Virus record (IMG/VR): IMGVR_UViG_3300022602_000033
Direction: 5' to 3' (one strand)
DNA: 64,000 nt
From: a virus
The notes under the pieces were generated by a model that did not search any database, was not told where the DNA came from, and was given only the letters and a program-made list of their open reading frames with translations. Below, in pieces: positions 18,335-27,900 of the stretch. The position numbers and the translations under genes are program-made. Numbering within the stretch: the stretch's first letter is position 1; every line of letters starts with the position of its first letter.

Positions 18335-18555
18335 TACAACATAGCCAGCTCAACGGCAGCAACGTCATCGTGGACATGCCACAGGACAGCTTTGCTGTGA
18401 GCATGCTGGAGCAACACCTGCAGCTGAACTATCCCACGGCTCATATACAAGGCATGGCACATCAGATACACTGGTCCACCAACATAGCCAAGCTGAAGAT
18501 CGCATTTGATAACCTCGAAGACGCTATAGATTTCCATCTCAGGCACAGCGAATAG
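18331..18555 (+). CDS. Hypothetical protein
   Basis: TTGA overlap with an AAGGA SD. Confidence 0.5.
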   Translation: MIQHSQLNGSNVIVDMPQDSFAVSMLEQHLQLNYPTAHIQGMAHQIHWSTNIAKLKIAFDNLEDAIDFHLRHSE

Positions 18556-18564
18556 GAGACACAC

Positions 18565-18777
18565 ATGAATGCACAGCAACTAGGCAGAGAGATGATGACA
18601 CGCAGCGGTGACATCACTGATGATCGCCAGAGCTGCGATTGGGCAAGGATTGGTCAGATCTTGACCATGCTGGGCACACCCAAGATGCCAAAAACTGTTC
18701 GTGATATGAAGCTAGAAGATCGCACAGTGGTTATGGACGCTATCACAACGCTGCAGTATCTCCGATCGATAAGATAA
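18565..18777 (+). CDS. Hypothetical protein
   Basis: AGGAG SD. Confidence 0.65.
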   Translation: MNAQQLGREMMTRSGDITDDRQSCDWARIGQILTMLGTPKMPKTVRDMKLEDRTVVMDAITTLQYLRSIR

Positions 18778-18842
18778 CACTGATACAGGGAAAAACATAA
18801 ATAATTACAGCGTTGTTACCAGCGTACCACAAGGACCTTGAT

Positions 18843-19028
18843 GTGAAAAAACTTGTCAAAAAGATCTGCGTGCCGCTGGCGCTGTTTGCGATATTCTTCT
18901 TGTCTGGGATGATAGGATTGGCATGCGAGCAAGTGCACAACGATCTAACGCTGAGCACTGGGGCATTCATTACCAGCTTTGGCAGCATGTCAGGCTTGGT
19001 GCTCAGAGCTTATATAGCCCTTGCTTAA
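18843..19028 (+). CDS. Small two-TM membrane protein
   Basis: Basic N-terminus (KKLVKK) followed by two hydrophobic segments; AAGGA SD; TAAATA upstream. Confidence 0.55.
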   Translation: MKKLVKKICVPLALFAIFFLSGMIGLACEQVHNDLTLSTGAFITSFGSMSGLVLRAYIALA

Positions 19029-19097
19029 AAATAATTTGGTTATGTTCATAATCTTGCTTAATACTGTGATAGAATCTCGTATCAAGGAGTCACAAGC

Positions 19098-19313
19098 ATG
19101 AACGATCAAACTGCACAGGCAGATTCAACCATCAATCTCGCAGATCTACAGAACATCTTGACGGTGTTGGATCTGGCCAGCAGCCGCGGCGCGTTCCGTG
19201 GCCCAGAGCTAGAACCAGTGGGTCAGCTCTATAACAAGTTCAAGAAGTTCGTGGACACTGCAGCAGCACAGCAGCAGGGCAGCGACGCAGCAGCCGGTGC
19301 TACCAATGGCTGA
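19098..19313 (+). CDS. Hypothetical phage protein
   Basis: AAGGAG SD; contains LDLASSRGAFRG.EL..VG.LYNK. Confidence 0.75.
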   Translation: MNDQTAQADSTINLADLQNILTVLDLASSRGAFRGPELEPVGQLYNKFKKFVDTAAAQQQGSDAAAGATNG

Positions 19314-20019
19314 GATGATGAAACACATCGGCCAGATGGAAAACACTGGCAAGCAGGTGGTGGTAGTGTTCATGAGCTTACCAGGTGATGACGAACACGC
19401 GCTGGTCATAGACACAGATGCACTGCCTGATCAGTACAACGAAGCACTGCGCAAGATAGTGGAGAGCGTGGAAGGTCAGCAGAGCAAGGATCTGGGCGAG
19501 CTGCTGGGCCGTCGCCCTGCTCCAGATGGCACTGGGGCTACCATGCTGCAGAAGCTGCATGCTGCTCAGCGCTTGGACAAGGTGCCTGTGGATCTGGTCC
19601 ACATGACGCCTGCACGCGGCATGAAGTTCCCACTGCGGCAGATACTAGCTGCCATGAAGACTGTTGACGACAGCACTCCGCCAGACCTCAACGATCTGGA
19701 TCCTGTGACTCGCGCACAGGTCATTGCTGAGATGGGCAAGTTCAACGTGCATCAGAGCAACATGGAAGGCACCACTGCTGACGGCAAGGCACAGGAAGCA
19801 CGCGATCTCATACGCATGGCAGAGATGTTGGAAGCCGATGCCACTGCACGCCGTGCACAGGCCTATGCAATTGATCCCACTCTTAACCCAGGACACAAGG
19901 CCAAAGCCAAGAGCAGTTCATGGTTAGAAGAAAATGTTGCTGCACCGACTGCTAAAAAAGCAGCACCCAAGGCCACAGCCAAGAAACCAGCAGCTAAAAA
20001 GACAGCTGCCAAGAAATAA
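19306..20019 (+). CDS. Hypothetical protein with a Lys/Ala-rich histone-like tail
   Basis: Begins MAEMMKHIG and ends AKKAAPKATAKKPAAKKTAAKK. Confidence 0.75.
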   Translation: MAEMMKHIGQMENTGKQVVVVFMSLPGDDEHALVIDTDALPDQYNEALRKIVESVEGQQSKDLGELLGRRPAPDGTGATMLQKLHAAQRLDKVPVDLVHMTPARGMKFPLRQILAAMKTVDDSTPPDLNDLDPVTRAQVIAEMGKFNVHQSNMEGTTADGKAQEARDLIRMAEMLEADATARRAQAYAIDPTLNPGHKAKAKSSSWLEENVAAPTAKKAAPKATAKKPAAKKTAAKK

Positions 20020-20047
20020 TATCACTTAAAAATTGATATGAGAAACG

Positions 20048-20076
20048 AGGACGGATTATAACAATCCGTCCTTTTT
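20048..20076 (+). terminator. Rho-independent terminator at a convergent junction
   Basis: AGGACGGATT-ATAAC-AATCCGTCCT followed by TTTT. Confidence 0.75.
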
Positions 20077-20439
20077 CATTTGCTTGCGCACAGCTGTAGC
20101 AGAAATGCTATGGATGTCTTCATCAAACACTTCTTGTTCTATCTTGTAGCCAACATCGCGTCCGTATGTCACGTTGACGATGTTTGGCACTAACATGACC
20201 ACATACTCGTCACCGTGCATGTAACCCTTCTTGCCCAGCTCTGTGATGATCCTATCACGTACCACATCGTAATAGAACGGATTCTTGTCGTCAGTGCCGC
20301 CCGTGTCTCTGACCATGATAGCAACCTGACCTGTCTTGGCCACTGCTCGCTCAAACAGCGCAAAGTGGCCATCGTGCCATGGCTGCCAACGGCCCAAAAG
20401 TTGCGTAGTTGGCTTGTTGTTTTCCCACTTCTTTCTCAT
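20056..20439 (-). CDS. HxGH-family nucleotidyltransferase (cytidylyltransferase-like)
   Basis: LLGRWQPWHDGH, NPF and ISATAVR motifs. Confidence 0.8.
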   Translation of the reverse strand: MRKKWENNKPTTQLLGRWQPWHDGHFALFERAVAKTGQVAIMVRDTGGTDDKNPFYYDVVRDRIITELGKKGYMHGDEYVVMLVPNIVNVTYGRDVGYKIEQEVFDEDIHSISATAVRKQMKKDGLL

Positions 20440-20918
20440 CCGCCGTTCCTCCATCCATGTAGCATTGCCTTGATCCAACTGGGCTTATCATCAAGGTCAA
20501 GCTGTTCCCAGATGTACTTGGCCCAGAAGTCTGCGTCCTGTGTGTCCACGCGGTAGGCATACTGTCCGGGTTCAGGTGGCACGAACATCTTGTTGGTATC
20601 TGCGAAACGACCTTGCTTTATCGTATCTACCCAGATGATCGTTGCTGGTCCAAACGCAGCACGGGTAGCTGGAGTTGGACAGATAAAATCTGCTATTGTC
20701 CAATGTCCTGCTTCCACTGCCTTGTCGCATAGCCATCCCATGCGGCGAGCTTGCTCTATCCTATCAGCTTCACTAAAGCCCAGATCCTTGTTGATCTGCG
20801 CACGCACATCATCTGCGTTCCAATGCACGGCCTTGAGTTTGGTTCTCAGAGCTCTGGCCAACATGGTCTTGCCGGCGCCCGGCAGGCCCATGATCAGTAT
20901 CTTCTTGTTAGGTTTCAT
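20436..20918 (-). CDS. Adenylylsulfate kinase-like P-loop kinase
   Basis: MGLPGAGKT, NADDVR, DLGFSEADRIEQARR, ADFICP and FVPPE motifs (CysC-like). Confidence 0.8.
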   Translation of the reverse strand: MKPNKKILIMGLPGAGKTMLARALRTKLKAVHWNADDVRAQINKDLGFSEADRIEQARRMGWLCDKAVEAGHWTIADFICPTPATRAAFGPATIIWVDTIKQGRFADTNKMFVPPEPGQYAYRVDTQDADFWAKYIWEQLDLDDKPSWIKAMLHGWRNGG

Positions 20919-21564
20919 TGTGTTCTCCAAGCATGGGAAATTGCTGTGTAACTATGTCCCAGCATGCATCTGCTATCTCGCGATGCTCCTTCTGCGTACC
21001 GTTGGCACGGCGTAGGTCGCAGTAGTGTACCCAGCTGCGCAAGCTGCCTGCCATGTACAGCTTGCTCTCTGTGAGCCCCTCTGGCAGCAGCGCACGGGCC
21101 TGTTCCTTGGCAATGCCCATGTTGATGGCCTTGGCATATTGGCGCTGCGCATCAGCTATGGCCAGCTCTTGCATGCTTCTCCACAGAGATTCGAGATCTG
21201 CATCATCTGTCTGGATGCTGTTCTGGCGGTTCTTGGCATCATGCAGACGTGCTTCTCTGGTTACGAAACCCAGGCTCTTGGTAGGATCAGCATAGCGTTG
21301 GCTGAACTCTTGGAAGCTGAAGCTGCGATGCCGCAGTATCTGCCGCGCTATGTCTCTGGTGGTGTTGATCTCCATGGTCATGTGGACCATTTCCAGAGGA
21401 GACCAGTGTGCGTTGTTGATGAGGTATCGTATTAGCTTGGCGCTGGTACCGTGGTTGTTTTGGTTGGCTGGGTTTGATACCCTGGCACAATATGCCACCA
21501 ATTCTTCTGCTGTGGCACACTCGTCAATGGTAGGCTTGCTTATGGCTACGAGTTTCACTGTCAT
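20908..21564 (-). CDS. thyX: FAD-dependent thymidylate synthase
   Basis: HWSPLE, RHRSFSFQEFSQRY, KEQARALLP and TQKEHR motifs. Confidence 0.95.
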   Translation of the reverse strand: MTVKLVAISKPTIDECATAEELVAYCARVSNPANQNNHGTSAKLIRYLINNAHWSPLEMVHMTMEINTTRDIARQILRHRSFSFQEFSQRYADPTKSLGFVTREARLHDAKNRQNSIQTDDADLESLWRSMQELAIADAQRQYAKAINMGIAKEQARALLPEGLTESKLYMAGSLRSWVHYCDLRRANGTQKEHREIADACWDIVTQQFPMLGEHNET

Positions 21565-21569
21565 AGCAT

Positions 21570-21598
21570 ATTATTGTTGGCTGGGATCAGCTAGTCAA
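21570..21598 (-). promoter_or_regulatory. Sigma70-type promoter for leaderless thyX
   Basis: TTGACT-N17-AATAAT, then 5 nt to ATG, with no SD. Confidence 0.55.
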
Positions 21599-21963
21599 TT
21601 TCCAGTCTTGCGTTTGGCACGTTTGGCTTTAGATTTCACAGTAGTCTTGAAGGCATCGGCTGAATTAAGATTCCCCAACAGATCAGCAGCCCAGCTGTCT
21701 ATGTCAGAGCGCAGTTTGGGGAAGTTGATGCTCATCCTACAGCTGCGTATCTCGCTGTCTTCGGGACTGAGATCTCGCTCTTGCTCTATGATCTCAGCAA
21801 AATGCTTGCCACTGACCTTGATGGTGCTGCCATCTTTGGTCTGTATGATCACGCTGCGAATGTATCTGGTTGGAGGTTCGTTTTCGATGGTTAAGCTATC
21901 AAATATCTCGTCCCAGGCAGCATCAGCTGCCTTGTCAACGATCTTTTTGGGGGAAGTTGCCAT
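21595..21963 (-). CDS. Hypothetical protein
   Basis: ATG 21963 with an AGGGA SD and TAAATA upstream. Confidence 0.7.
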   Translation of the reverse strand: MATSPKKIVDKAADAAWDEIFDSLTIENEPPTRYIRSVIIQTKDGSTIKVSGKHFAEIIEQERDLSPEDSEIRSCRMSINFPKLRSDIDSWAADLLGNLNSADAFKTTVKSKAKRAKRKTGN

Positions 21964-22027
21964 TACGGTGATCCCTGTTGAACTAACACTGCTATTTATG
22001 GTACCTGGCATTCCCCACTGCATTGAT

Positions 22028-23431
22028 TTACTTTCTATCTAACAGCCCAGACAGCTCTGGGAAAGTGTCCACAAAGCTCTGCGATCTCTGCTTGTCTAAC
22101 ACTCTAATCCATTCCTGTAGCTCAGGCATGCGTTCGCTCCAATCTTCCTTGTCCATGAAATCCAGCAGTCCTCTTAGGCGCTTGATACCATAACCTGCTG
22201 CCAAGAAATCATCTTTGCTGATACCAGATTGTGTGGCACCTGTAGCGCTTTGCCAATTATCTTCTAACCAAACAAAGAACTCTTCAAACTTGTCACGTAC
22301 CATTTGCTTGGCCCACTTGGGCAGCACCTTGACGTTGAGCTGCGGTGGCCAGTAGGCCAAGTGCCAGTTGATCATGCCAGCGCCGTTGGGCCATGTGTTG
22401 AATTTCTTGAAGTCTTGGCTCAGCTTCCACTTGATCATGTCTGGTATGTAATAGATGTTCAGTGCCATCACAGTCACTGCAGTGGTCACCATGACATTGT
22501 CAGGTGTAGCATCTAACCTACGCATGTTGACCAACAGCTGATCCCAGTCACTGGGATAGCGTATGTAATCATTCTTGTCTCCGAAGCTGTCTATGCTGAA
22601 GTGGAACTTGACCCTGCGGAAGTGGCTCCAGATGTCAAACAAGCGCTGTGGTAGCTCGACTGCGTTGCTGTTATAGCGTAGCTCTATGTTTGCTGCATGT
22701 CCACGACGTATGACTTCTTCCAACAGCGTGTAATGCTCTTCTATGATGGTGCTTTCGCCGCCAGCAAAATACAGCTGCTTCATGTGCGGTATCTGATCGT
22801 AGAGCTGAGACCAAAATTCTGGATTGTTCATGTGCCAGTTGTAGCTGGCACCGTGTTTTTTGCCCTTGTCTGCCCAGTTCCAGCTTTCCTTAAGCCTGGC
22901 ATTTTCTATCTTGGGATAGATCTCGTTCCACTCTTTGACCCAACCGCTGCTGTCGTGAGGGCTGCACATCACGCAGGCCAGCTGACACTTGCTGCCCAAT
23001 CTCAGATCTAGATAGCGTATTCTTGGACTGACTGCACCATCGTCTGTGGTATCACCTATGATATCATCTAAGCCCAGCTGTTCTATCCAGTAGGCAGTTT
23101 CCCAGTTGCGCTTGCTCTGCACGCCCGCATCTTCTTCCTTGTAACATTTGAGACAGCTGGGCGGTTTCTCTCCGCGCAGCATCATCTTGCGCACGTTGCG
23201 CATGTAATCGTTGTTCCATGCTTCCATCAGCGTGCTGTTATTGAGATTAGCTGGTATTCCATCAGCTGTGCGCAGCACACCAATCTGGCCACCACCACTC
23301 TTTTTGGTGCTGTCTGGATCTTGCACGCTGCTGGCATTGGCAGTGCAGCAAACTCTCATGGCGCCATCTGGACGGCTGCTGAGATGCACCCAGGGCAGGG
23401 CACAGAAGGTTTTGCTTGATAATTCTGTCAT
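22028..23431 (-). CDS. Radical SAM protein with an N-terminal SPASM/twitch-like domain
   Basis: CALPW...CC...C..C, then CQLACVMC and FAGGES. Confidence 0.88.
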   Translation of the reverse strand: MTELSSKTFCALPWVHLSSRPDGAMRVCCTANASSVQDPDSTKKSGGGQIGVLRTADGIPANLNNSTLMEAWNNDYMRNVRKMMLRGEKPPSCLKCYKEEDAGVQSKRNWETAYWIEQLGLDDIIGDTTDDGAVSPRIRYLDLRLGSKCQLACVMCSPHDSSGWVKEWNEIYPKIENARLKESWNWADKGKKHGASYNWHMNNPEFWSQLYDQIPHMKQLYFAGGESTIIEEHYTLLEEVIRRGHAANIELRYNSNAVELPQRLFDIWSHFRRVKFHFSIDSFGDKNDYIRYPSDWDQLLVNMRRLDATPDNVMVTTAVTVMALNIYYIPDMIKWKLSQDFKKFNTWPNGAGMINWHLAYWPPQLNVKVLPKWAKQMVRDKFEEFFVWLEDNWQSATGATQSGISKDDFLAAGYGIKRLRGLLDFMDKEDWSERMPELQEWIRVLDKQRSQSFVDTFPELSGLLDRK

Positions 23432-24531
23432 GATTTATTTACGGTTTCTTGGAACTGGCTGGCAAATTGATCGAATCCAGTACCACAAGTTTTAGCACAA
23501 ACTCGTAGCTTGCCATCGCTGATGCTGGGCTTTGACCAACTGTCTGCTATCTTATTGAAATATGGTCCTTTTATTATGGATTCTAACGGGTTAACAAGCG
23601 CACTGAGGTTGTTAATATCGTGATCCAACAGCGTCCACATCTCGCTCTGTTTATGGGGCCAATACCACACATAAAGCTGGTTGGCTGTCCAGCAGCAGGG
23701 GAAAACTAGACCCTCGGCGCTGATATAGAGGCTCTTGTCCTCAGCCACCTTGCACTTGACGCATGTCTGGTCGATGTACCCTTGCATGCTGCCAAATTGT
23801 TCGATCAAAGCCTGCTCTTTACTGAGGCTATCATTGTGATATGCTGGGTTTTTTGGTTTTTCTATGTGATATTCAACCTCACCATTGCGGCTCCAAACTT
23901 CCTGGCTATCCTTGCCCTGTAGCTTGGTGTTGCTGAAAAAACGCCCGGTCTTCTTGGTGCGGAACTGTGCAAATCCCATCTGTTCACTCAAAGATCTAGC
24001 AGCTTCTACCTGATGTTCGTTGTGTTTGAACACGATGTATTCCCAGTGTGCTATACCACCAGCAGCTATGAACGCCTGCGCATTGTCCATGATCTTTTGC
24101 CAGTTGGTACCTCGTCTATAGATGTGATTGCTGTCTGCCAAACCATCCAATCCAAACTTCACATAATCGCCTGGCTTACAGAGCATGGTGCCCAGCTTTG
24201 CCCACCAAGCCGGAGTCCTAGCACTAGCATTGGTGTGCATGCCCAGTTTGATATCTGGATTGATTTGGCGCAGCCATTGATATACTTCTAGTGTATCATT
24301 TGCTGCGATTGGATCGCCGTAGTTGCCGCACATGTACAGGCGCTTCAACTGCTTAACAAATGACTCAGGCATGATCACTTGTAGGTCTGACAGGCTCAGT
24401 TCAGTCTGCGGCAAGAATTCATTGTCAGGACCGCCAAACTTGTTTCGCCCGCACTGAGGACAGCTGGCATTGCACTTGGCTGTTATCTCCAAATGCACAG
24501 TGTTGATATCATTATAATCATATATCATCAA
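23428..24531 (-). CDS. Radical SAM protein with a C-terminal SPASM/twitch domain
   Basis: CNASCPQC, CGNYGDP and YISAEGLVFPCCW...CAKTCG motifs. Confidence 0.88.
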   Translation of the reverse strand: MMIYDYNDINTVHLEITAKCNASCPQCGRNKFGGPDNEFLPQTELSLSDLQVIMPESFVKQLKRLYMCGNYGDPIAANDTLEVYQWLRQINPDIKLGMHTNASARTPAWWAKLGTMLCKPGDYVKFGLDGLADSNHIYRRGTNWQKIMDNAQAFIAAGGIAHWEYIVFKHNEHQVEAARSLSEQMGFAQFRTKKTGRFFSNTKLQGKDSQEVWSRNGEVEYHIEKPKNPAYHNDSLSKEQALIEQFGSMQGYIDQTCVKCKVAEDKSLYISAEGLVFPCCWTANQLYVWYWPHKQSEMWTLLDHDINNLSALVNPLESIIKGPYFNKIADSWSKPSISDGKLRVCAKTCGTGFDQFASQFQETVNKS

Positions 24532-24757
24532 CTGTGTCCAGCAGCAGTTTGACAGATTGCCCCGGTCCGATCTTGCTGGGAAGGTCGCCGTGTTGCTCTA
24601 CATACCATGCAATCACTGCCTTGTACCAAACATGGCTATCATGGTGGGCTAGCTTATTAAACTGAACCAACTCATGATTACCAAAACCGCCACTGCTGGC
24701 CAACACCCTTGCAGCTTCTTTTTGTAGATCTCGCAGAGTGAATTTATCAAACGTCAT
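24518..24757 (-). CDS. Hypothetical protein
   Basis: Overlap-coupled to both neighbours. Confidence 0.65.
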   Translation of the reverse strand: MTFDKFTLRDLQKEAARVLASSGGFGNHELVQFNKLAHHDSHVWYKAVIAWYVEQHGDLPSKIGPGQSVKLLLDTVDDI

Positions 24758-25497
24758 TTACGTCCTATGAGCATGTACCTTGTATAAAGTGTACAGTCTA
24801 ACTCTCCGGCATATAGTAATTCAGTCATTGGATAGTTGTTCTTAAATTCGTCAATGCTGCTCACAGTGTTATTATGCTGATCGTTGTCAGACCAATCGTT
24901 ATTTTGAAGAACGGTTATTGTACCAATAGGAATATTATCCCACCAGGCATTATTACTACCCATGTGATCGCAGCTCGTATTAACTATAGTATCAGCTGAT
25001 TCGTAAAGGGGTTGTATGCTGCCATCATATCTCAGAGTTTCGTACGTAAAATCAGTGTATATCAAAGAATTTACGTCAATAGTAGTTGCCTTAAAACGCC
25101 AACTGTCTTTCACATCAAATCGATTAAGTTCGTCGGCTAATGCTGTGCAAGATTTATCAATATCAAAGCTACGCACAGTAGATATAGCAAGCAAATCCCT
25201 GCGTTCAAGCATTAGATAGCTCAGCGTGCCTATCCATCCGCATAGTATCCAAGTTCTTCCAAGCTTGAGCTCAAGTTCTAAACATTGATTTATTAACCAT
25301 ATTTTGCTCGTTATCTGCCCCCGACTCCATGCATCCATACTGTCTATAAGTATTGAACTAGGATGGGCATATAGTGCTAGATAACGTTCAAAGAATTTTT
25401 CTCTGTCTAATACATGATTACAAATATGAGATAGATTAGAAAGATGCTTTTTAATGCCGGTTAATATAGCATCATCGTTGCCAAGTGTTGGGTTCAT
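24754..25497 (-). CDS. Class I SAM methyltransferase-like protein (paralog 1)
   Basis: DAWSRGQ..SK.WL, ILCGWIG, RSFDID, IVNTSCDH and YMLIGRK motifs. Confidence 0.65.
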   Translation of the reverse strand: MNPTLGNDDAILTGIKKHLSNLSHICNHVLDREKFFERYLALYAHPSSILIDSMDAWSRGQITSKIWLINQCLELELKLGRTWILCGWIGTLSYLMLERRDLLAISTVRSFDIDKSCTALADELNRFDVKDSWRFKATTIDVNSLIYTDFTYETLRYDGSIQPLYESADTIVNTSCDHMGSNNAWWDNIPIGTITVLQNNDWSDNDQHNNTVSSIDEFKNNYPMTELLYAGELDCTLYTRYMLIGRK

Positions 25498-26348
25498 TTT
25501 ACACCTATGAGCATGTGGCGAGAATACTCGCCGCAATCTAACGTGCCCTTATATAAAACTCTCCTGCATTTAGCTCTATATGAAAGCTCATACATGTTAT
25601 TCATGCTATTCACATGGCCGTCGTATGATTCGTGATCACTGCACTGCAGAATTATCAATTTCCCGTCTGGTATGTTGAAAAACCACCGTTCAAAATCAAC
25701 AAGATGTTCACAACTAGTGTTGATAATGGTATCAGCAGTTTCGCAAACTCTCTCCGTTGATCCATCTGATTTTTTTGTATGCCAGAAGCAGTCGTCATAA
25801 GTTAAATCCATGACATCTATGGTACTGGCTTTAAATTTCCAGTTCTGTTTTACTTCTCGGTTGTTTAATCTATCAGCCAAATCTGCACAAACCGGATCTA
25901 TATCAAAACTACATATAGATTCTAGTTTTAATCTAGCTTGTTTTTTGAAAATGAGATACGCAAGCAATCCTATCCAACCACACATTATCCAAACTCTACC
26001 TAGATTTCTATCAAGCTTAATCAATGCATCAATCAACCATATCTTGCTGTCAATCTGGCCTTGGCTAAAGGCATCTAATATGCTGAGCTCTCCAGCAGTT
26101 TCGTGATAATAGATATCAAAATAAGATTTTATAAATTCATCTCTATCAGGTACTATCGGCCACATCCTATGTAATACCCGCATATGTTCGGGTTGATCTC
26201 GCAGCTTGACCAAAAGGCTGGGTGACCAACGTATAATGGTCAAAAATGACTCTATTTCATCAGGTCGTAGTTTTAATAAAAATTCTAAAACATTAGAATT
26301 ATTTGCCAGCTTAGATAAAATATCTCGGTTTTTAAGATCAGTGATCAC
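25494..26348 (-). CDS. Class I SAM methyltransferase-like protein (paralog 2)
   Basis: DAFSQGQ..SK.WL, IMCGWIG, CSFDID, IINTSCEH and HMLIGVK motifs. Confidence 0.65.
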   Translation of the reverse strand: MITDLKNRDILSKLANNSNVLEFLLKLRPDEIESFLTIIRWSPSLLVKLRDQPEHMRVLHRMWPIVPDRDEFIKSYFDIYYHETAGELSILDAFSQGQIDSKIWLIDALIKLDRNLGRVWIMCGWIGLLAYLIFKKQARLKLESICSFDIDPVCADLADRLNNREVKQNWKFKASTIDVMDLTYDDCFWHTKKSDGSTERVCETADTIINTSCEHLVDFERWFFNIPDGKLIILQCSDHESYDGHVNSMNNMYELSYRAKCRRVLYKGTLDCGEYSRHMLIGVK

Positions 26349-27214
26349 AGCATCATACCTTTACGAGGCGGATGCAAATAATTCTGTTTTAACCACAAAC
26401 TGGTAGAAGCATCTAATTCTGGTACGAACAATCCAAACTCATTCTGTAATAGATCTGCATATCTCTTCAGCACAGTTTCTATGTCTACGTGTTTGGTTTT
26501 CTTCCAGTGTCTGTCAAACCAATGGTAATCATTAATCACGGTATTGTCTATTATGTTCGCATACAGCTCATAGAAACCCTGTCTAGCTCCTAACATAGCC
26601 CATGCACCGTTCTCAACATCTCTACCTACTGTCATCCATAAGTTAAGCTTGCTTAGATTTCCCTGATAAAGTAGAGAAATATCTGTTACAGGATTCTTCA
26701 TCGGAAGGCCATTGAGATAACTCATTTTCACACCTTCTCGATAGCCTGCACGCCATGCTTGATAGGCACTCGAATTATTCACGCTAATACTAGCAAGTGT
26801 ATCTATCTGGTAATAGCGCAATGCCCAACAGAAATCTGTGGTGTTGCTGCTTTCGTGTGTATTACTGGCTAGTAACACATCTCTGTTCCAGCATTTTAGT
26901 CCACCATTACCATATTCTAGGCCATTGATTATGTTTTTGCTCTTTAAGCTAAACACAACATCTTCCATACCAGCATCATCTAGGAAAGTGTCCAATCCGC
27001 TATCTAATAGATAATTATCGCCATCTATGGTCAAAAATCGGTCAGCTAAGGCCGCCTGAGCACATATCTTGTGTGCTGCTTCAAAACCTATAACACCTTG
27101 TATATGAGTAGCGTTCGGTAATAATTCCTGTACTCGTGCCCAGTTCGATTCCCTGTTAGGTTCGTCGTAACTTATATAAAAAACTTCTAGGTCTCGCATC
27201 CATGCAGCAGTCAT
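26345..27214 (-). CDS. GT-A-like glycosyltransferase (paralog family A)
   Basis: FYISYDEPN, AAH, TIDGDN, NGLEYGNGGLK and AWRAGYREGVK motifs. Confidence 0.65.
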   Translation of the reverse strand: MTAAWMRDLEVFYISYDEPNRESNWARVQELLPNATHIQGVIGFEAAHKICAQAALADRFLTIDGDNYLLDSGLDTFLDDAGMEDVVFSLKSKNIINGLEYGNGGLKCWNRDVLLASNTHESSNTTDFCWALRYYQIDTLASISVNNSSAYQAWRAGYREGVKMSYLNGLPMKNPVTDISLLYQGNLSKLNLWMTVGRDVENGAWAMLGARQGFYELYANIIDNTVINDYHWFDRHWKKTKHVDIETVLKRYADLLQNEFGLFVPELDASTSLWLKQNYLHPPRKGMML

Positions 27215-27897
27215 GCCATGGTTCTTTCATATTGACTGCGTAACCATTGCCAATCATTTATTTTCATTAATTGGTCAGTACCTTTGTTTTCAAATCCAAA
27301 TTTACGGCCAGCCTGAGCGCCGAGCAATGCCCAATGGCCATATTCTCGGTCTTGGCCTTTTATGCACCATGTTTCTAATCTCTGTTGTGTCTCAGTGTTA
27401 ACTTGTCCATCTATCACTCCGCTGGCCAGCTTGGCACATTCCCGAAACGCACTGCGCCATGTAGTATATGGATCTGTGTTGAACGCAGTGACATTGCTAA
27501 GCTGGTGTATGATCTTGTATTTGCGATTGATGCTGCTGGTCATGTCAGGTTTGAAATCTCTGTCTACCAGTCGCTTGACATCGGCCACCGGCAGCAGTTT
27601 TACTGCGCCATAGCCATATACGAGATCATTGATCGGATTCCTAGCACGAAATACATGCACGTGATCCAGCTGGTGATCGGGTACCGCATAGTCAAAATTG
27701 AAATCTGGTTCAACCACTGCATCACCGTCTACCACATAAAACATGTCTGTCTCAGCCATGTTGGCTGCTGTAATGTGTGCCTGGTGCAGGCCTGTGACGC
27801 CATGCACACGTTTTACTGCAGGGAATCTGGTTTTCAACAGCTGCCAGTTCTGGTCTGCATTGGTCTCTTCATAGCTGATGAAAACTATATCATACAT
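27211..27897 (-). CDS. GT-A-like glycosyltransferase (paralog family A)
   Basis: DIVFISYEE, QAH, VVDGD, NDLVYGYGAVK and WRSAFRECAK motifs. Confidence 0.65.
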   Translation of the reverse strand: MYDIVFISYEETNADQNWQLLKTRFPAVKRVHGVTGLHQAHITAANMAETDMFYVVDGDAVVEPDFNFDYAVPDHQLDHVHVFRARNPINDLVYGYGAVKLLPVADVKRLVDRDFKPDMTSSINRKYKIIHQLSNVTAFNTDPYTTWRSAFRECAKLASGVIDGQVNTETQQRLETWCIKGQDREYGHWALLGAQAGRKFGFENKGTDQLMKINDWQWLRSQYERTMA

Positions 27898-27900
27898 TGA

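Noticed and set aside
22028-24531. RiPP cluster (radical SAM/SPASM plus a 79-aa precursor at 24518-24757)
   Set aside because: The small protein looks globular with no leader/core pattern, and no transporter or peptidase is adjacent. The GT context fits better, though a RiPP role is not formally excluded.
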